64,000 bases of DNA from Klebsormidium nitens (taxonomy: Eukaryota; Plantae; Klebsormidiophyceae). The stretch is taken from contig DF237242.1 in assembly GCA_000708835.1 (NCBI GenBank), forward strand, positions 1-64,000. The letters run 5' to 3'. A program made the translations under genes and the position numbers. The notes under the pieces are model-generated. The model had not been told where the DNA came from. It ran no database searches and was given only the letters and a program-made list of their open reading frames with translations. This document shows, piece by piece, positions 1 through 10,265 of the stretch (the stretch's first letter is position 1; the number at the start of each line of letters is the position of its first letter).

Positions 1-1300
1 CCCCTGTAACTTCACACATCCTGGAATGAATTTCTTTCCAGGTGATGTTGGGGGGGCTCGAATCCTCTTTCGCCTGTATAGTCGAACGGGGATGAAGGCC
101 GTCTACTCCACCGATGATGCCGGGTGGTGGTATTGGGGAGGCACTCGCTGGCTCTTTGACAAGACGGGGGCCCATATCCGTTCTATCTTCCAGCGGGAGC
201 TAGAGAGCATACAGAGAATCTTCGGGCGGGAGTCTCAAAGTGCCGAAGAACGTGATGATGATGATCCGCAGCCGGACCCCGCAACCGAGGACGCTTCGAC
301 CTTTGCAGTCCCAAATGACTCGGTCATTGATCTGAGCCAAGAGCAATTCTCTCCAACAGTTGGGCGGCAGCAGGTCAATTTTCTCTCCCGAGCAAGAATG
401 AGCAACCTCCTCTCCGACTGTGAAAGCCCAGAGTTCTTTGGATACAGCTCCTTTCGCCAGCTGTTGGACGGTGTCAAGGACATTCTGCCGGTCAAGAACG
501 GTGTGATCGATCTTCGGACGGCCACACTCTTGCCCCACCATCCCAAGGTACGAACCCTCTTTGGAGCGTTCTGATTTGAACAGGCCAGCTGGCGCAATTA
601 TGTAGAGTCTCTTCAGAAACCACTAACTTCAGGAAAGGTAATAGTCCAAAGATAGGGTTCGCAATTTCGAATAAAATTCTAGATCAGTCTATGATGTGTT
701 TGTCAGATTCAATTGCGTGGGAATGCATTATCCGACCGAAAACCCGAGTCTAGCATTGCTTAGTATCGATTGCAACCATTGTCATATGTAGCTTTCTCTC
801 ACAATCCTTCATTGTTTTGCAGCTCATGTGCCGGCAGCAGCTTGATTTATACTGGCCTAACGATGGCCTCAACCACCCCTTGCCCACCTGGAAGCCCTTC
901 ATGTGATGGCCTCCCATGATGAGGAAGGGCGAGAACGACTTGCCTTCTTCCAGAAGTTTATGGGGTACGCATCAACCGGACACACCAACGAGCAGTGTCT
1001 TGGAATGGGAATTGGAGGGGGCTCTAATGGCAAGACGGTGACGATGCACGTTTTGGCCAAGGTCCTCGGCCCGTACTATGTCGAGGTTCCGAAGGAGCTG
1101 TTGGTCACTGCACCGGGCCAGCGGCCCGCGGGAAAAGGCAATGCCTCTCCAGTGGAAGCGAGTGAGTATCATCACTACTATCTTACAAGCAATGACCACC
1201 TTGCCTTCCTAATCCTGTCTCTTGCGATGTCACCAGCTTTTTTGAAAGGTGGGTATATGAAGCTTCTAAAACTGTTGGTCTCGAAATTATAGTCAATCAT

Positions 1301-1580
1301 GACACATGGTGTCTTCGGTGTCTCTGGTGTCTTTGGTGTCCCAAGTGTCCATGTGTCCCAAGTAACTTCCTGTTCGAGCTTAATCTACGTATCGCAAGCA
1401 TAGTCTCTAGAATCTTCGTTCCGACTGGAGAGTTTGTTATGGTGTCCTTGGTGTCCTTGGTGTCCCAAGCAACTTCCTGTTCGAGCTCAATCTACGTATT
1501 GCAAGCATGGTCTCCGGGATTTTCATTCAGACGGGAGGGGTCTGTTACGGTGTCTTTGGTATGCTTGGTGTCCCAAGTTT
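1301..1580. repeat. ~115-bp tandem repeat built on 9-bp GGTGTCCTT-type subunits, inside D5 intron 2
   Basis: About 2.5 units of (ggtgtcyytt)x3-ggtgtcccaag...aacttcctgttcgagct.aatctacgta..gcaagca..gtctc. A homologous block lies at 14400-14580. Confidence 0.9.
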
Positions 1581-1959
1581 CCCCTCTCTCCGTGGACAAG
1601 GGCGTTTCTTGCTTCGTGTTCCCGGCCGTTGCTTGCAATGCAGTCGGCCCTGTATTTTCACTTTGTATATAAGTTGTAGTACCCTACATGGCTGGTGAGA
1701 GGTAATCAAAGCACCTTTTGATATCATTGATGGCGCGTCTACAGGTCTTCAAGGGGCAAGGCTGGCTGTGGCATCAGAGACAAAGAAGAATGACAAATTG
1801 GACGAGGACAAGTTGAAGTCAGCGACAGGGAATGTAACAATGACAGCCCGGCAGCTCTACCAGGGGTTCATGACTTGGGAAACAAGCCACCAGGTAGGCA
1901 TATTGTCTAACCGGCCGTGGATTTGCCTTGGTAAATATGCATCATCAAGTGTAGATGTG

Positions 1960-2148
1960 CTAGTGTGCCAGACTAGCCCCAGGAAACTGGTGGAGGCTGT
2001 AGACTTCAGTCGGGTTCTTCCCAGCATCTGCCAACTTCTCGAGGGTGTCGACCCAGGTGGTACGAGGATTGGCATTCCCGGTGACGGCCTCGATGAAGTC
2101 GAACACGCTGATCTTTGGCGGTACATCGTTTGTCTTTCGGATCTTGGC
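1960..2148 (-). pseudogene. Antisense fragment of a Bro-N-like (NCLDV-type) N-terminal domain inside D5 intron 3
   Basis: My minus-strand translation from 2148 (not in the ORF track): AKIRKTNDVPPKISVFDFIEAVTGNANPRTTWVDTLEKLADAGKNPTEVYSLHQFPGA, then stops. It fits the IRKT...SVxDxI...FPG pattern that precedes GQRxTP..LLPG in this family. A second degenerate start (tctttcggatcttggctcc) is at ~2380. Confidence 0.65.
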
Positions 2149-3370
2149 TCCGCGAATTCCCCAAACAGCTCACTTTGAAAATCCAGATTGTTCTCTTGTG
2201 GATTCATCTGAACAGAAAGAACAGAGGAATTCAGAGCCTGCTTCAAGTTTTCCGCTGTTGTCATGAGCGAGATTGTTCAATGCAAGACCTCCAATCGAGG
2301 TTGTGGGATGTATGACGGTCCTACGACTGGATGTTCGTTTTGAAAAAGTTACAAAAATAGATCTGTCGGTTTTTGGCATATCTTTCGGATCTTGGCTCCA
2401 CGAAAGAGAAGTCTCGTACGAGTTTGTCTCCATGATGGCAAGAACAGCACGGATGGCACTTGGAAACTATCCCTCTTTTTGTTTGCGATGCTTTCCTATG
2501 TTTGGACAGTGCTTAAAAACACGTTGCAAGCTTAAACCAACTGCTCTTCTTTTTGTCCTTCCCAGTTGATGCTTCTGACGAACTGTTTGCCACAAGTGGA
2601 GGACATGGACTTTGCTGTCGAGCGCCGTATCATCATCTTCAACTTCATGAAGTCTTGGCGGAAGATAGACGACCCGCGCTTCGACCCTGAAGACCCTTTC
2701 AACAACGGCGTCCTCGATAACACTCTCCTTTCAAAGCTGACAACCTCGGAGGCACTTCAAGAGGCTCTTGTGTGGATCGTGACGGGTGCCAAGGTCTGGT
2801 ACGACTCTGGTATGGCTCTTGGACCTCAGCCGGCTGACAGCCGAAGAGCGCTTCGAGAGTATGTCCACGAGTCTGACCCGTTCCAGCGGTTCTTGGACGA
2901 GCAGGCCACCTTGGACAAAAATCTGAGAAGGTCAACGAAGTTCACGGCTTCGGTTGACATCATTGGAAGGTATAGCATGTGGCTCGAGGAGGAGGAGAAT
3001 TGGGATGTTCCTCGCATTGACGGGAAGGGTTTGAAGGCCCAACTAGGAAAGCGAGGTCTCGAGTATACCAACAAGCCGACAAGGGGCTACAAGGGGATCG
3101 AACTGAAGGCACGGGAGCACAACGACGCCTCATCATGACTTTGGCTTTTGAAAGAGTTTAAAAGAAAGAGGTGGGTGTGGATGTCAACATGTTACGTAGT
3201 GATGGCATGTATGTATTGAAAGAGCTTCATTGAGTGTCTGATGCATACGCCATGAAGAATCTCATAACAAGTCCACTTTACTTTTTGACTAGCCGAAAGC
3301 CCACTTAACTTTTCGACTAGCCAAGATGGTAACTTGAAGATAGTACATAATACTTTCCATCTGGTTTTTG

Positions 3371-3775
3371 CTAGGATATGCGAATGCCGTCTACATACAC
3401 ATCCGGTACCCATTTGCCCTCCTGGCCGGGCCTCTTTATGAATTGCATTCGTTTCTGTTTTCTGCACACGGCATAGGCAAGACGGACAATAGCCCTCCGC
3501 TCTTCCTTACAAAAACCTTTTTGTCCAGCCTCGATTCGATCATCATTGATCACAAGAATCATCTCGCGAATATCATTCAATGCAATGCAAGGTTCTTGGT
3601 ACAATTCAGCCAGATGACACACAAGCAATCGTATTCCCATGCAGACCAGACTTATTGAGTTTCTATCGAGACCTTGCCGTAAAACATGCTCGTGTTGACT
3701 CACATCATACTGTTTCGTATCAATCTCTTGCTTCAACAGATCGGCATTCAATATGGGTTGACTTGCTTTAGCCAT
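3371..3775 (-). CDS. Hypothetical protein, 134 aa, in the viral-like module
   Basis: ATG-initiated ORF directly downstream of and co-oriented with the MC1-like ORF (25 bp gap). No recognisable motif. Confidence 0.45.
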   Translation of the reverse strand: MAKASQPILNADLLKQEIDTKQYDVSQHEHVLRQGLDRNSISLVCMGIRLLVCHLAELYQEPCIALNDIREMILVINDDRIEAGQKGFCKEERRAIVRLAYAVCRKQKRMQFIKRPGQEGKWVPDVYVDGIRIS

Positions 3776-3799
3776 CTCGTAATTTCAATATGTAGAAAA

Positions 3800-4402
3800 C
3801 TATTTTACTGAAGCTCGTCTCTTTTTCTTTAGAACCATGCCTGATGACTGTTCTTGTTCTACTGGCAAATTGCTCTTCTTTTCTTTCTTGTTCTTCTTGT
3901 TGGAGCTAAGCACTCCTGTTTTAATTGGGTTGTCGATAGCCTTGTTGCTTGCATTCGAGGCATCGTCTTTGTCAGCAAGTACTATTGCACTCTGTTTAGC
4001 GGGAAGCGATTTTTTCGCTCCTGTCTTGCACTTAGTCCAGCTCAGAAGCGTGTCAGTATCGAATTTCCTAGTGTTTGTACGATAAGTACCGGTGAAAGGC
4101 AGATTTGATGGCTGGTCTTGTTTCTTCAAAACTTCGATGTTCACTTGGTAACCAAAGAACTTTCCACTGGAGCCCCTTGTTGTCTCGCTCAGCAAAACAT
4201 GATAGACGGTGGGTGCTTGACACTTCGTCGTACTAGTTGCTTTATGCGAGCGATACAATGCGGAACCCACTCGCGAGCCTGCTTGGAGTGGACGCCCACT
4301 TTCTGGATTGATCTCCAAACGCATGCTTCTAACTGTGTCCGTTACGTCGGTTTTACACGAGCCGGCAAACGCGGCTTCCACTCGAAAGCTTCGAATTGAC
4401 AT
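3800..4402 (-). CDS. MC1-like non-histone chromosomal protein (giant-virus type) with Lys-rich tail
   Basis: MSIRSFRV...SGRPLQAGSRVGSALYR...VLLSETTRGSSGKFFGYQVNIEVLKK fits my recollection of the NCLDV MC1-like pattern RSF-x-P-x-A-x-ETTxGSxxK-Y-Y. C-terminus is basic (KKNKKEKK, KKKRR). Confidence 0.6.
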   Translation of the reverse strand: MSIRSFRVEAAFAGSCKTDVTDTVRSMRLEINPESGRPLQAGSRVGSALYRSHKATSTTKCQAPTVYHVLLSETTRGSSGKFFGYQVNIEVLKKQDQPSNLPFTGTYRTNTRKFDTDTLLSWTKCKTGAKKSLPAKQSAIVLADKDDASNASNKAIDNPIKTGVLSSNKKNKKEKKSNLPVEQEQSSGMVLKKKRRASVK

Positions 4403-4881
4403 GCTTGAACAATAGACTGATCCTAATATCAATAGATAATATTTTGCTATCAGCAAATGCCGGACCCTAAAGCGTTATTCAAAGCATTCGTCATTGCCGT
4501 CGATGGACTTTTGAAAAACATTGGCCAACTCAATCCGGATCCTCAGGCTTGAAGTGTGAATAAAAATCATTGACAACCTTCAAAATGCTTCAGTCAAGCA
4601 ATGAGCTGGCACTGTAGTATGACTTGTGACAGTGGGGAATTCGGCTTTATCAACAGAATGCATTTTGCATGGTAAAAGTGACGTGTGACTTTGAAATAAC
4701 TGGTTATCGTGTTTACAAAACTCGAGTTTTGTAAACTTTTATGGAGACCCCGAGTGCGTTTTTGGCATTGTGTGTTCTTCACAGAAAACCACAGGTCAGA
4801 AAATAGTGACAAGTGTTTTTTAAGAAACTAAGATTCCCATGTCAATGTAAGCTCAATTATTATAGTAGTCCAATAATAACT

Positions 4882-5718
4882 ATGGAGGGTGCCGGTCAGG
4901 ATTCGATTGTTTGTTTCTTTGATGACGGTTTCCGTACGAAGCCCTCGGTGAAGCAATACGCAAATACCATGAAGCTAGTTTATCGAATGATAGAGGGTAA
5001 TCAATACAACCCTCCAAAAACAATGGGATGGATAGATACCCGAGCTAAGGATATTACCAAAAGCATCATAGAACGATATCACAATCCTGCAACAAGGCGA
5101 GCAAAACTGAGCCCTTTTCTAGCTGCATGCAAAAAACTTGGATATTTGGATGCTTATCAGATATATTTTGAACCATTCCAGAGCGAAAACGCCCCACTTC
5201 AGAGCTTAAGGGGTAAGCAACAAGCGGAAAAGTGTGTAAGCAATCCAAGGGAAATGACTCGCGATGAGATTGATGCATTTGCCGCAAAGGTTGCTAGACG
5301 AGTCCGCTCTATACCGGACGATCTGGAAGAGTTTTCTATGAAAGAAATTCGTCTGATATTCATTCATATCCTTCTTGAATGGCATTTATTGATTGCGCCA
5401 GCCATGCGACAGAATTTAAAAACATATCATTTGCCCATTATTCTACAAGGTGAGGAAGACAACGGGAATATCGATGTAATACACGAAGTATCACGAGATG
5501 ATCTTGTGTACCATCTTCGAAATAAAGATCAACTCTATGAGTTGCCTCGAAGGTTCTCAAAGTATTTAGCAAGGTCGTTGGAATTACTACCCAGGCACTT
5601 TCTTATTGGAGCTATTAGTAATCCGCAAGTGGAAGCCATGTCGGGAAGTAATTATTCGATGTTTTGTGCTAGACTGTCCTCCAACAATAAACATATCAAT
5701 CTGCAGCTTATCAAGTGA
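4882..5718 (+). CDS. Divergent tyrosine-recombinase-like paralogue lacking the C-terminal catalytic segment
   Basis: Collinear with the downstream recombinase: SVKQYANTMK vs STINVYC.QLK; LLIAPAMRQN vs LYTLPLGPLRNE; LPRRFSKYLARSLELLPRHFL vs IPDKLARIIARSFNLVPRRNL. Stops at NLQLIK*, where LRH...GH...Y would follow. Confidence 0.6.
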   Translation: MEGAGQDSIVCFFDDGFRTKPSVKQYANTMKLVYRMIEGNQYNPPKTMGWIDTRAKDITKSIIERYHNPATRRAKLSPFLAACKKLGYLDAYQIYFEPFQSENAPLQSLRGKQQAEKCVSNPREMTRDEIDAFAAKVARRVRSIPDDLEEFSMKEIRLIFIHILLEWHLLIAPAMRQNLKTYHLPIILQGEEDNGNIDVIHEVSRDDLVYHLRNKDQLYELPRRFSKYLARSLELLPRHFLIGAISNPQVEAMSGSNYSMFCARLSSNNKHINLQLIK

Positions 5719-5784
5719 AATTGATGTAGAGCGTGGTTAGTTAGCATTTAATTATTTATTGTTAGTAACTATAGAAGCCCTAGC

Positions 5785-6845
5785 ATGGTCATTTTGAAGA
5801 CAATCAAACTAGGCGTTGAAGCTCAGCTCAATGATCTTTTAAGCAAGAAAGATGGAGAAAAAGAAGGCCGTCCCCAACTCAGAAGTCTATCTACTATAAA
5901 TGTGTATTGTTGACAATTGAAGAAGGTTTTCTCGATGCTTTATCCATACGAAGAAGAAATGAAAGACTTGAAATGGATCGAACAATACCAAGACGTCATA
6001 AATGCAATTGAAGAAATTAAGACATGCGATGGATCTCCGTTGAAAAACCTCACAAAGTCAGCTTACGCAGCGCCTTTTGCAGTTCTTGCCGCAAAATTAG
6101 GTATGGATCAAGTAAAGTTGCAATATACAAAGTATATGGAGTCTATGAAACCGTCAATCGAGGAATTAGATAGAACAATGCAGACAAAAACGCATTCGGA
6201 AAAACTCAATTGGGTTCCTTGGACTGAACTTTGTGATCTTCGTGATGTGCTTGACGACCAAGTTGTGAAAACTTGTATTTCAAAATACGTAAAAAAGGAA
6301 CCTCTGCTGCATTCGGATGTTCAGCTGATTTTTGACCACCTGCTTCTAGCGCTTTACACTCTGCCTTTGGGACCTTTACGAAATGAATTTGCATCTTGTG
6401 AATTGTATTTAAAGGGGGATTCCAAAAACACGGATCGAAAACCCGGCGATACAAATCTTGCATACTGAGCTTTGAGCATGGCAAAAGTGCCTTCATCTTC
6501 TCTCAACACAAAACCCTTGCAGTGAACGGGGTCCGGCAGCTTGTAATTCCTGATAAGCTTGCAAGAATCATTGCAAGGAGTTTCAATCTTGTGCCTCGAC
6601 GAAATCTGCTTCTACATCATTATTACAATCGATATGAAGACAGGCCCATTACAAACTTGACCGTTGTTCTGAATGACCTTGGTCAACGCCATTTTGGAAA
6701 AAACTTGAGCTGCACTCTCTTACGTCACATCTCTCATACTGAAAACCTGCCAAAATCCCGAGCAGAGTACCGAGCTAAAGCGGAGTATATGGGTCATTCT
6801 CTGCAAACCGCACAGGAATTGTATGAACGTAGATACAATGCTTGA
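5785..6845 (+). pseudogene. Tyrosine recombinase/integrase of PLV/virophage/NCLDV type, disrupted by TGA at 5911-5913 and a frameshift near 6458
   Basis: Reconstruction: MVILKTIKLG...STINVYC*QLKKVF...GPLRNEF (R)...DTN/CILSFEHGKSAFIFSQHKT (K)...SCTLLRH (R,H)...MGHS (H)...QELY (Y). Confidence 0.85.
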
Positions 6846-7440
6846 AAGAAGCATTCCCTGCCCACCGTGAGCACAGTGACCCGCATCTGTATACGTTGGG
6901 CGATGGATGTGTCTTCGTCCGTGAGGAAGAGGGCACACGCAAACCCCCTTTCGGATCTGTACGGCGACAGGCGGTGCATCCTGGGCCAGATGGCGGAACG
7001 TGTTGGCCCCTATCTCGAATCTGGCTACTTGGAGCTGAAGAGCGTCGTTTGCCAGCTTGCGTTGCTCGTGAGTCTCCAACTTGCGTTGCTCGCTCGCCAG
7101 CTCGTTCTCGAGCTTCTGTCGTTTGATCTTCTTGAGCAAGTCGATCTCTTCTGGGTCTGCTCTGCCACCCTCGGCCTCGACGGTCTCTCCGAACACGCGG
7201 GCGGGATGCTCGGCTGGCAGTTGACTCTGTACCTCCTTGTTGCGCCTGATCTCTGCCACGAGGCTCTCGTCCCCACCGAGATAACGAACGACCACATCTG
7301 CGCACTTGAGGCGGAACTGAGCGGCCTTCTTGCCCGGCAGGAGGTTGATGATGGTCACCAGACCTCGTGCGCTGGTGAACGGGATTGGGCGCTGGCCACT
7401 CCCCTCAACCTGGTGGTCGGTCCAAATTGGAACAACCTCT
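6794..7440 (-). pseudogene. Bro-N-like NCLDV-type DNA-binding protein with coiled coil; 5' end degenerate, probable C-terminal frameshift
   Basis: The frame extends upstream of the listed ORF: PEVVPIWTDHQVEGSGQRPIPFTSARGLVTIINLLPGKKAAQFRLKCADVVVRYLGGDESLVAEI. This GQRxTP..LLPG..FR....VxRxLGGDxSL signature is common in giant-virus and GEVE proteins. Confidence 0.7.
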
Positions 7441-7658
7441 GGATTTTGTATTTTTGTATGAGCGGGCGATGCATAGCGTTTGCTCCTATATCACTTTCAT
7501 CTAACGAATTACCAAAGTGATCCAGATTCTCTCTCGATGAACGGCATGCCGGTGTTCACTTTGATAGTGCGTTTAAAATGACCATTTTTTTTCTTCGACA
7601 TTAATTGTAGGTAGAATTTAGCATAACAATAGCCCAGGTATATCTTTCTCTCTCGATT

Positions 7659-10151
7659 CTAAGCTGACAGTTTTGAGGAAGAAAGAGGTGCACTATAACC
7701 GTTAGTAGTCCATTCTGCATCCCATTGCACATCGCTAACGTCAAAACGGACCTTTTTTAAGCGCTCAACTAGATCGATCCGTTTTGGAAAATACAAACCT
7801 CTGCCTTGAATCCCCTTGAGGTTTTTCTGGACGTTCTTCAAGTCCAGTGTCTTTTTGAGTGCCTTGATAAGCACATCTTTGCTTGTAGGTGGATCTTCCT
7901 TGATTTGTTGATCAGCCAGGAAAGTGCGGTAAGTGGAAAAGATGACATGGCTAAGAACAAAAATCTCTTCGGTTTCTGAGAAGCAACGACTTTGAAGGAG
8001 GCCGTTAACCATCTTTGCCCAGAGGGGAATGGAATGTTCTCTCAATTCAGAGCCCCATTCGCTTGTTGGCATCTCTTTTGGGTTCCAAGTTTCAATATTC
8101 CTTGACTGAAGATACCAGTAAAAGTGCTTTGCGGCCTTGCTTGTAAGGCTACCACAAAGGTTGTTGAAATACGCTTGATCTCCCACACGGTGATCGGATG
8201 CCTCGAAACATGCATATCTACGGTCCGTGGCCTCTTTCTTAATCGGCCAATTTTCATTGGTGTTGAACCAATAGTTTGCTAAATCGGGAACTTGGATAGG
8301 GTCAAGACCTTTCCGCTCGATGATGCTTGTATCCTGTGTTATGAGACTTTTCAAACGATTGTTTGATTTATAGGCACCTCCCCACGAACTGACTTCATCA
8401 AAGCATACGAGTAGAAGATTGGCTGAAATTCCATTAAACTTGCCTATGACCTTGTCCATATCGTTGCAATAGAGATAGTATGAAGCTCCAATGACTTGCT
8501 TGCCAACGAAATCCGTAATGATAGACTTTCCTGCTCCCTGAGCTGATCGAAAAACAAGGGCGGTTCCAATCTTCTTGTCTGGTTTTTGTGTAAGATGTGC
8601 CAACCAATTCAGTATATAGTCGTTCACATTTGAATCGTTATTAGCCAGAACCTCTTGTATGTGTTGTAGGATTGGAGCTATGATATCACTGTCTACTGAG
8701 GAGATTTGTTGATCTGCAAGCGGAAAACCGTGAAAGAGGTTATACTCATCTTTAGAACAAGGTTGCGGAATACTTGATGGCTTGAAAACAATCTTTTGAT
8801 GAGTTCTCCGATGAGACGATTTGCACCACATTTTTCCAAGGTTCTCTACCTTTCCTCCTATGGTTAGATTAAACGATTCGCATCTCTCCAAGAACTCGCT
8901 TCGAGTACGAAATATGCTTTCCATTGGAGTTGAGGTCTCCTCTTTGTCATACACCGTTTCGATGAACAAGGTCTTTGAAGTTCCATCTACTACACAGAAG
9001 AAATGGTTCATTGTCTCAAGAGCTATATTTATGAGCTGATCATGGTCTTTGCGGATCTCTTTTGCCTCCGAGGAAGCGTCCTCATGGGCTTTGGCAACCA
9101 TTTTAAATGCTTTTTCAAACACGAAAAAATCAAATCGATGTTTTGCAGTGAGCAACTCGGGCCAGTGACAGATACCAAGCAACGGCCGGGGACGCCGAAC
9201 ACACTCGGACGATAGGCAGCGGTACATCAACAGGACTCCATCGCTGATTACACTGAAGCTATTGCTGATATGCTTATTATGATTCATGCATGTTCTACTA
9301 CCGATCACTCTGAACATCATGATGGCTTCACCGTCGCAAAACTTGGTACCGGTATCACGGCTGGATTGATCATTGCACTTTGACTGCAACAGGCTCTTTG
9401 TTTGTTTAAATACTGACAAAGCACGTCTGTTGTATGTTGTATCGGATGGTGTAGGAGATCCTTCACCTTTTTCCGAGGAACGTTCGAAATGCAAAGGAAA
9501 TGATGGTGTCGTCGTTGTCTTTTTGGCATCGGAAGTTCCGGTGACACTAGCGTTTAGAATGTCAATCAACCATGGTGGCATCTGTGCTAGCTCAACGTCC
9601 CATGGTGCTTTGATCCAACTATATGAGCTGATATTTCCATTCTTTTGGAATGAACTAGGAGGTGCAAAGATGATTCCGTTTCCTCGAAAGTCGATCGTTG
9701 TCTTTTTGCCATCGAAGTTCAATTTTGTGGTATCCGTCTTCCGTTTCAATCCAAGTGTCTCTGCGCTAAAGTAATAGTGCCAACCTCCGCTTTGTGTCTT
9801 TGCTTTCCAGGTCATTGGCTCGCCGTGTTTTTTGATTTTTGATAACCAAACCTCCATCCCATTTGCAGTGTCTGTTTCATTTGCTTTTGGCGTGTCTATG
9901 TCCAGAACAACGATGCTATTTGGACCTTTTCTTCCACAACACAGAGCAATTGTGTTTTTGTCAGCAACGTCACGAATCTTGTGCTCGTAATGTGACCACG
10001 TTGTTTCTGATACGATATCTGCGTACGTCGAACAACACCAATTGCGTGCCTTTTTCTTGCCAGAGTCCCAACTCAGTTCCAGTGTAAGAGGTAGTAAATG
10101 TAGACGTCTATACTCGTCAATAGCGGTGATCAAATCTTTGGACTTGAACAT
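7659..10151 (-). CDS. Bifunctional PrimPol (AEP superfamily) - SF3 helicase (DUF5906-type), 830 aa, intact
   Basis: N-terminal ALCCG...IVVLDID...KTQSGGWHYYF...IDFRGNGIIFAPPS (Prim-Pol). C-terminal YILNWLAHLTQKP, Walker A QGAGKS, Walker B VCFDE, LKSLIT..IERKG, motif C WFNTN, and DRRY. Confidence 0.92.
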   Translation of the reverse strand: MFKSKDLITAIDEYRRLHLLPLTLELSWDSGKKKARNWCCSTYADIVSETTWSHYEHKIRDVADKNTIALCCGRKGPNSIVVLDIDTPKANETDTANGMEVWLSKIKKHGEPMTWKAKTQSGGWHYYFSAETLGLKRKTDTTKLNFDGKKTTIDFRGNGIIFAPPSSFQKNGNISSYSWIKAPWDVELAQMPPWLIDILNASVTGTSDAKKTTTTPSFPLHFERSSEKGEGSPTPSDTTYNRRALSVFKQTKSLLQSKCNDQSSRDTGTKFCDGEAIMMFRVIGSRTCMNHNKHISNSFSVISDGVLLMYRCLSSECVRRPRPLLGICHWPELLTAKHRFDFFVFEKAFKMVAKAHEDASSEAKEIRKDHDQLINIALETMNHFFCVVDGTSKTLFIETVYDKEETSTPMESIFRTRSEFLERCESFNLTIGGKVENLGKMWCKSSHRRTHQKIVFKPSSIPQPCSKDEYNLFHGFPLADQQISSVDSDIIAPILQHIQEVLANNDSNVNDYILNWLAHLTQKPDKKIGTALVFRSAQGAGKSIITDFVGKQVIGASYYLYCNDMDKVIGKFNGISANLLLVCFDEVSSWGGAYKSNNRLKSLITQDTSIIERKGLDPIQVPDLANYWFNTNENWPIKKEATDRRYACFEASDHRVGDQAYFNNLCGSLTSKAAKHFYWYLQSRNIETWNPKEMPTSEWGSELREHSIPLWAKMVNGLLQSRCFSETEEIFVLSHVIFSTYRTFLADQQIKEDPPTSKDVLIKALKKTLDLKNVQKNLKGIQGRGLYFPKRIDLVERLKKVRFDVSDVQWDAEWTTNGYSAPLSSSKLSA

Positions 10152-10265
10152 TGGTTGAGCAATCGTTGATACATCAATGTTGTAGTTCTAAGGATTTTTT
10201 TCCTCAAACGAAACGCGGTCGGTGGACGTGCTCGCAGACAACCAAAACGTTAATTGTTTTTGGAT

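Larger units (their letters stand above)
2..3138 (+). pseudogene. D5-like (poxvirus D5/P4 alpha family) SF3 primase-helicase, spliced. Exons <2-547, 823-1161, 1745-1893, 2566-3138; one frameshift near 890; 5' end lies outside the window
   Basis: Splicing at GT-AG sites (548-822, 1162-1744, 1894-2565) joins in phase: LLPHHPK|LMCRQQLDLYW, ASPVEA-S|LQGARLAVASE, ETSHQ|LMLLTNCLP. Motifs: Walker A GGGSNGKT, Walker B LAVASE, LKSATG..ARQLYQ, motif C LLTN, and AVERRIIIF. Exon 2 changes frame between PTW (886-891) and EALHVMASHD. The frame is open from base 2. Confidence 0.85.

Noticed and set aside
548-2565. D5 introns as Introner elements
   Set aside because: The three introns and the KDZ introns share no terminal similarity. 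Only an internal minisatellite is shared.
5716-5726. Mimivirus early promoter AAAATTGA upstream of the recombinase
   Set aside because: Only GAAATTGA is present, and there is no exact motif upstream of the other module genes.
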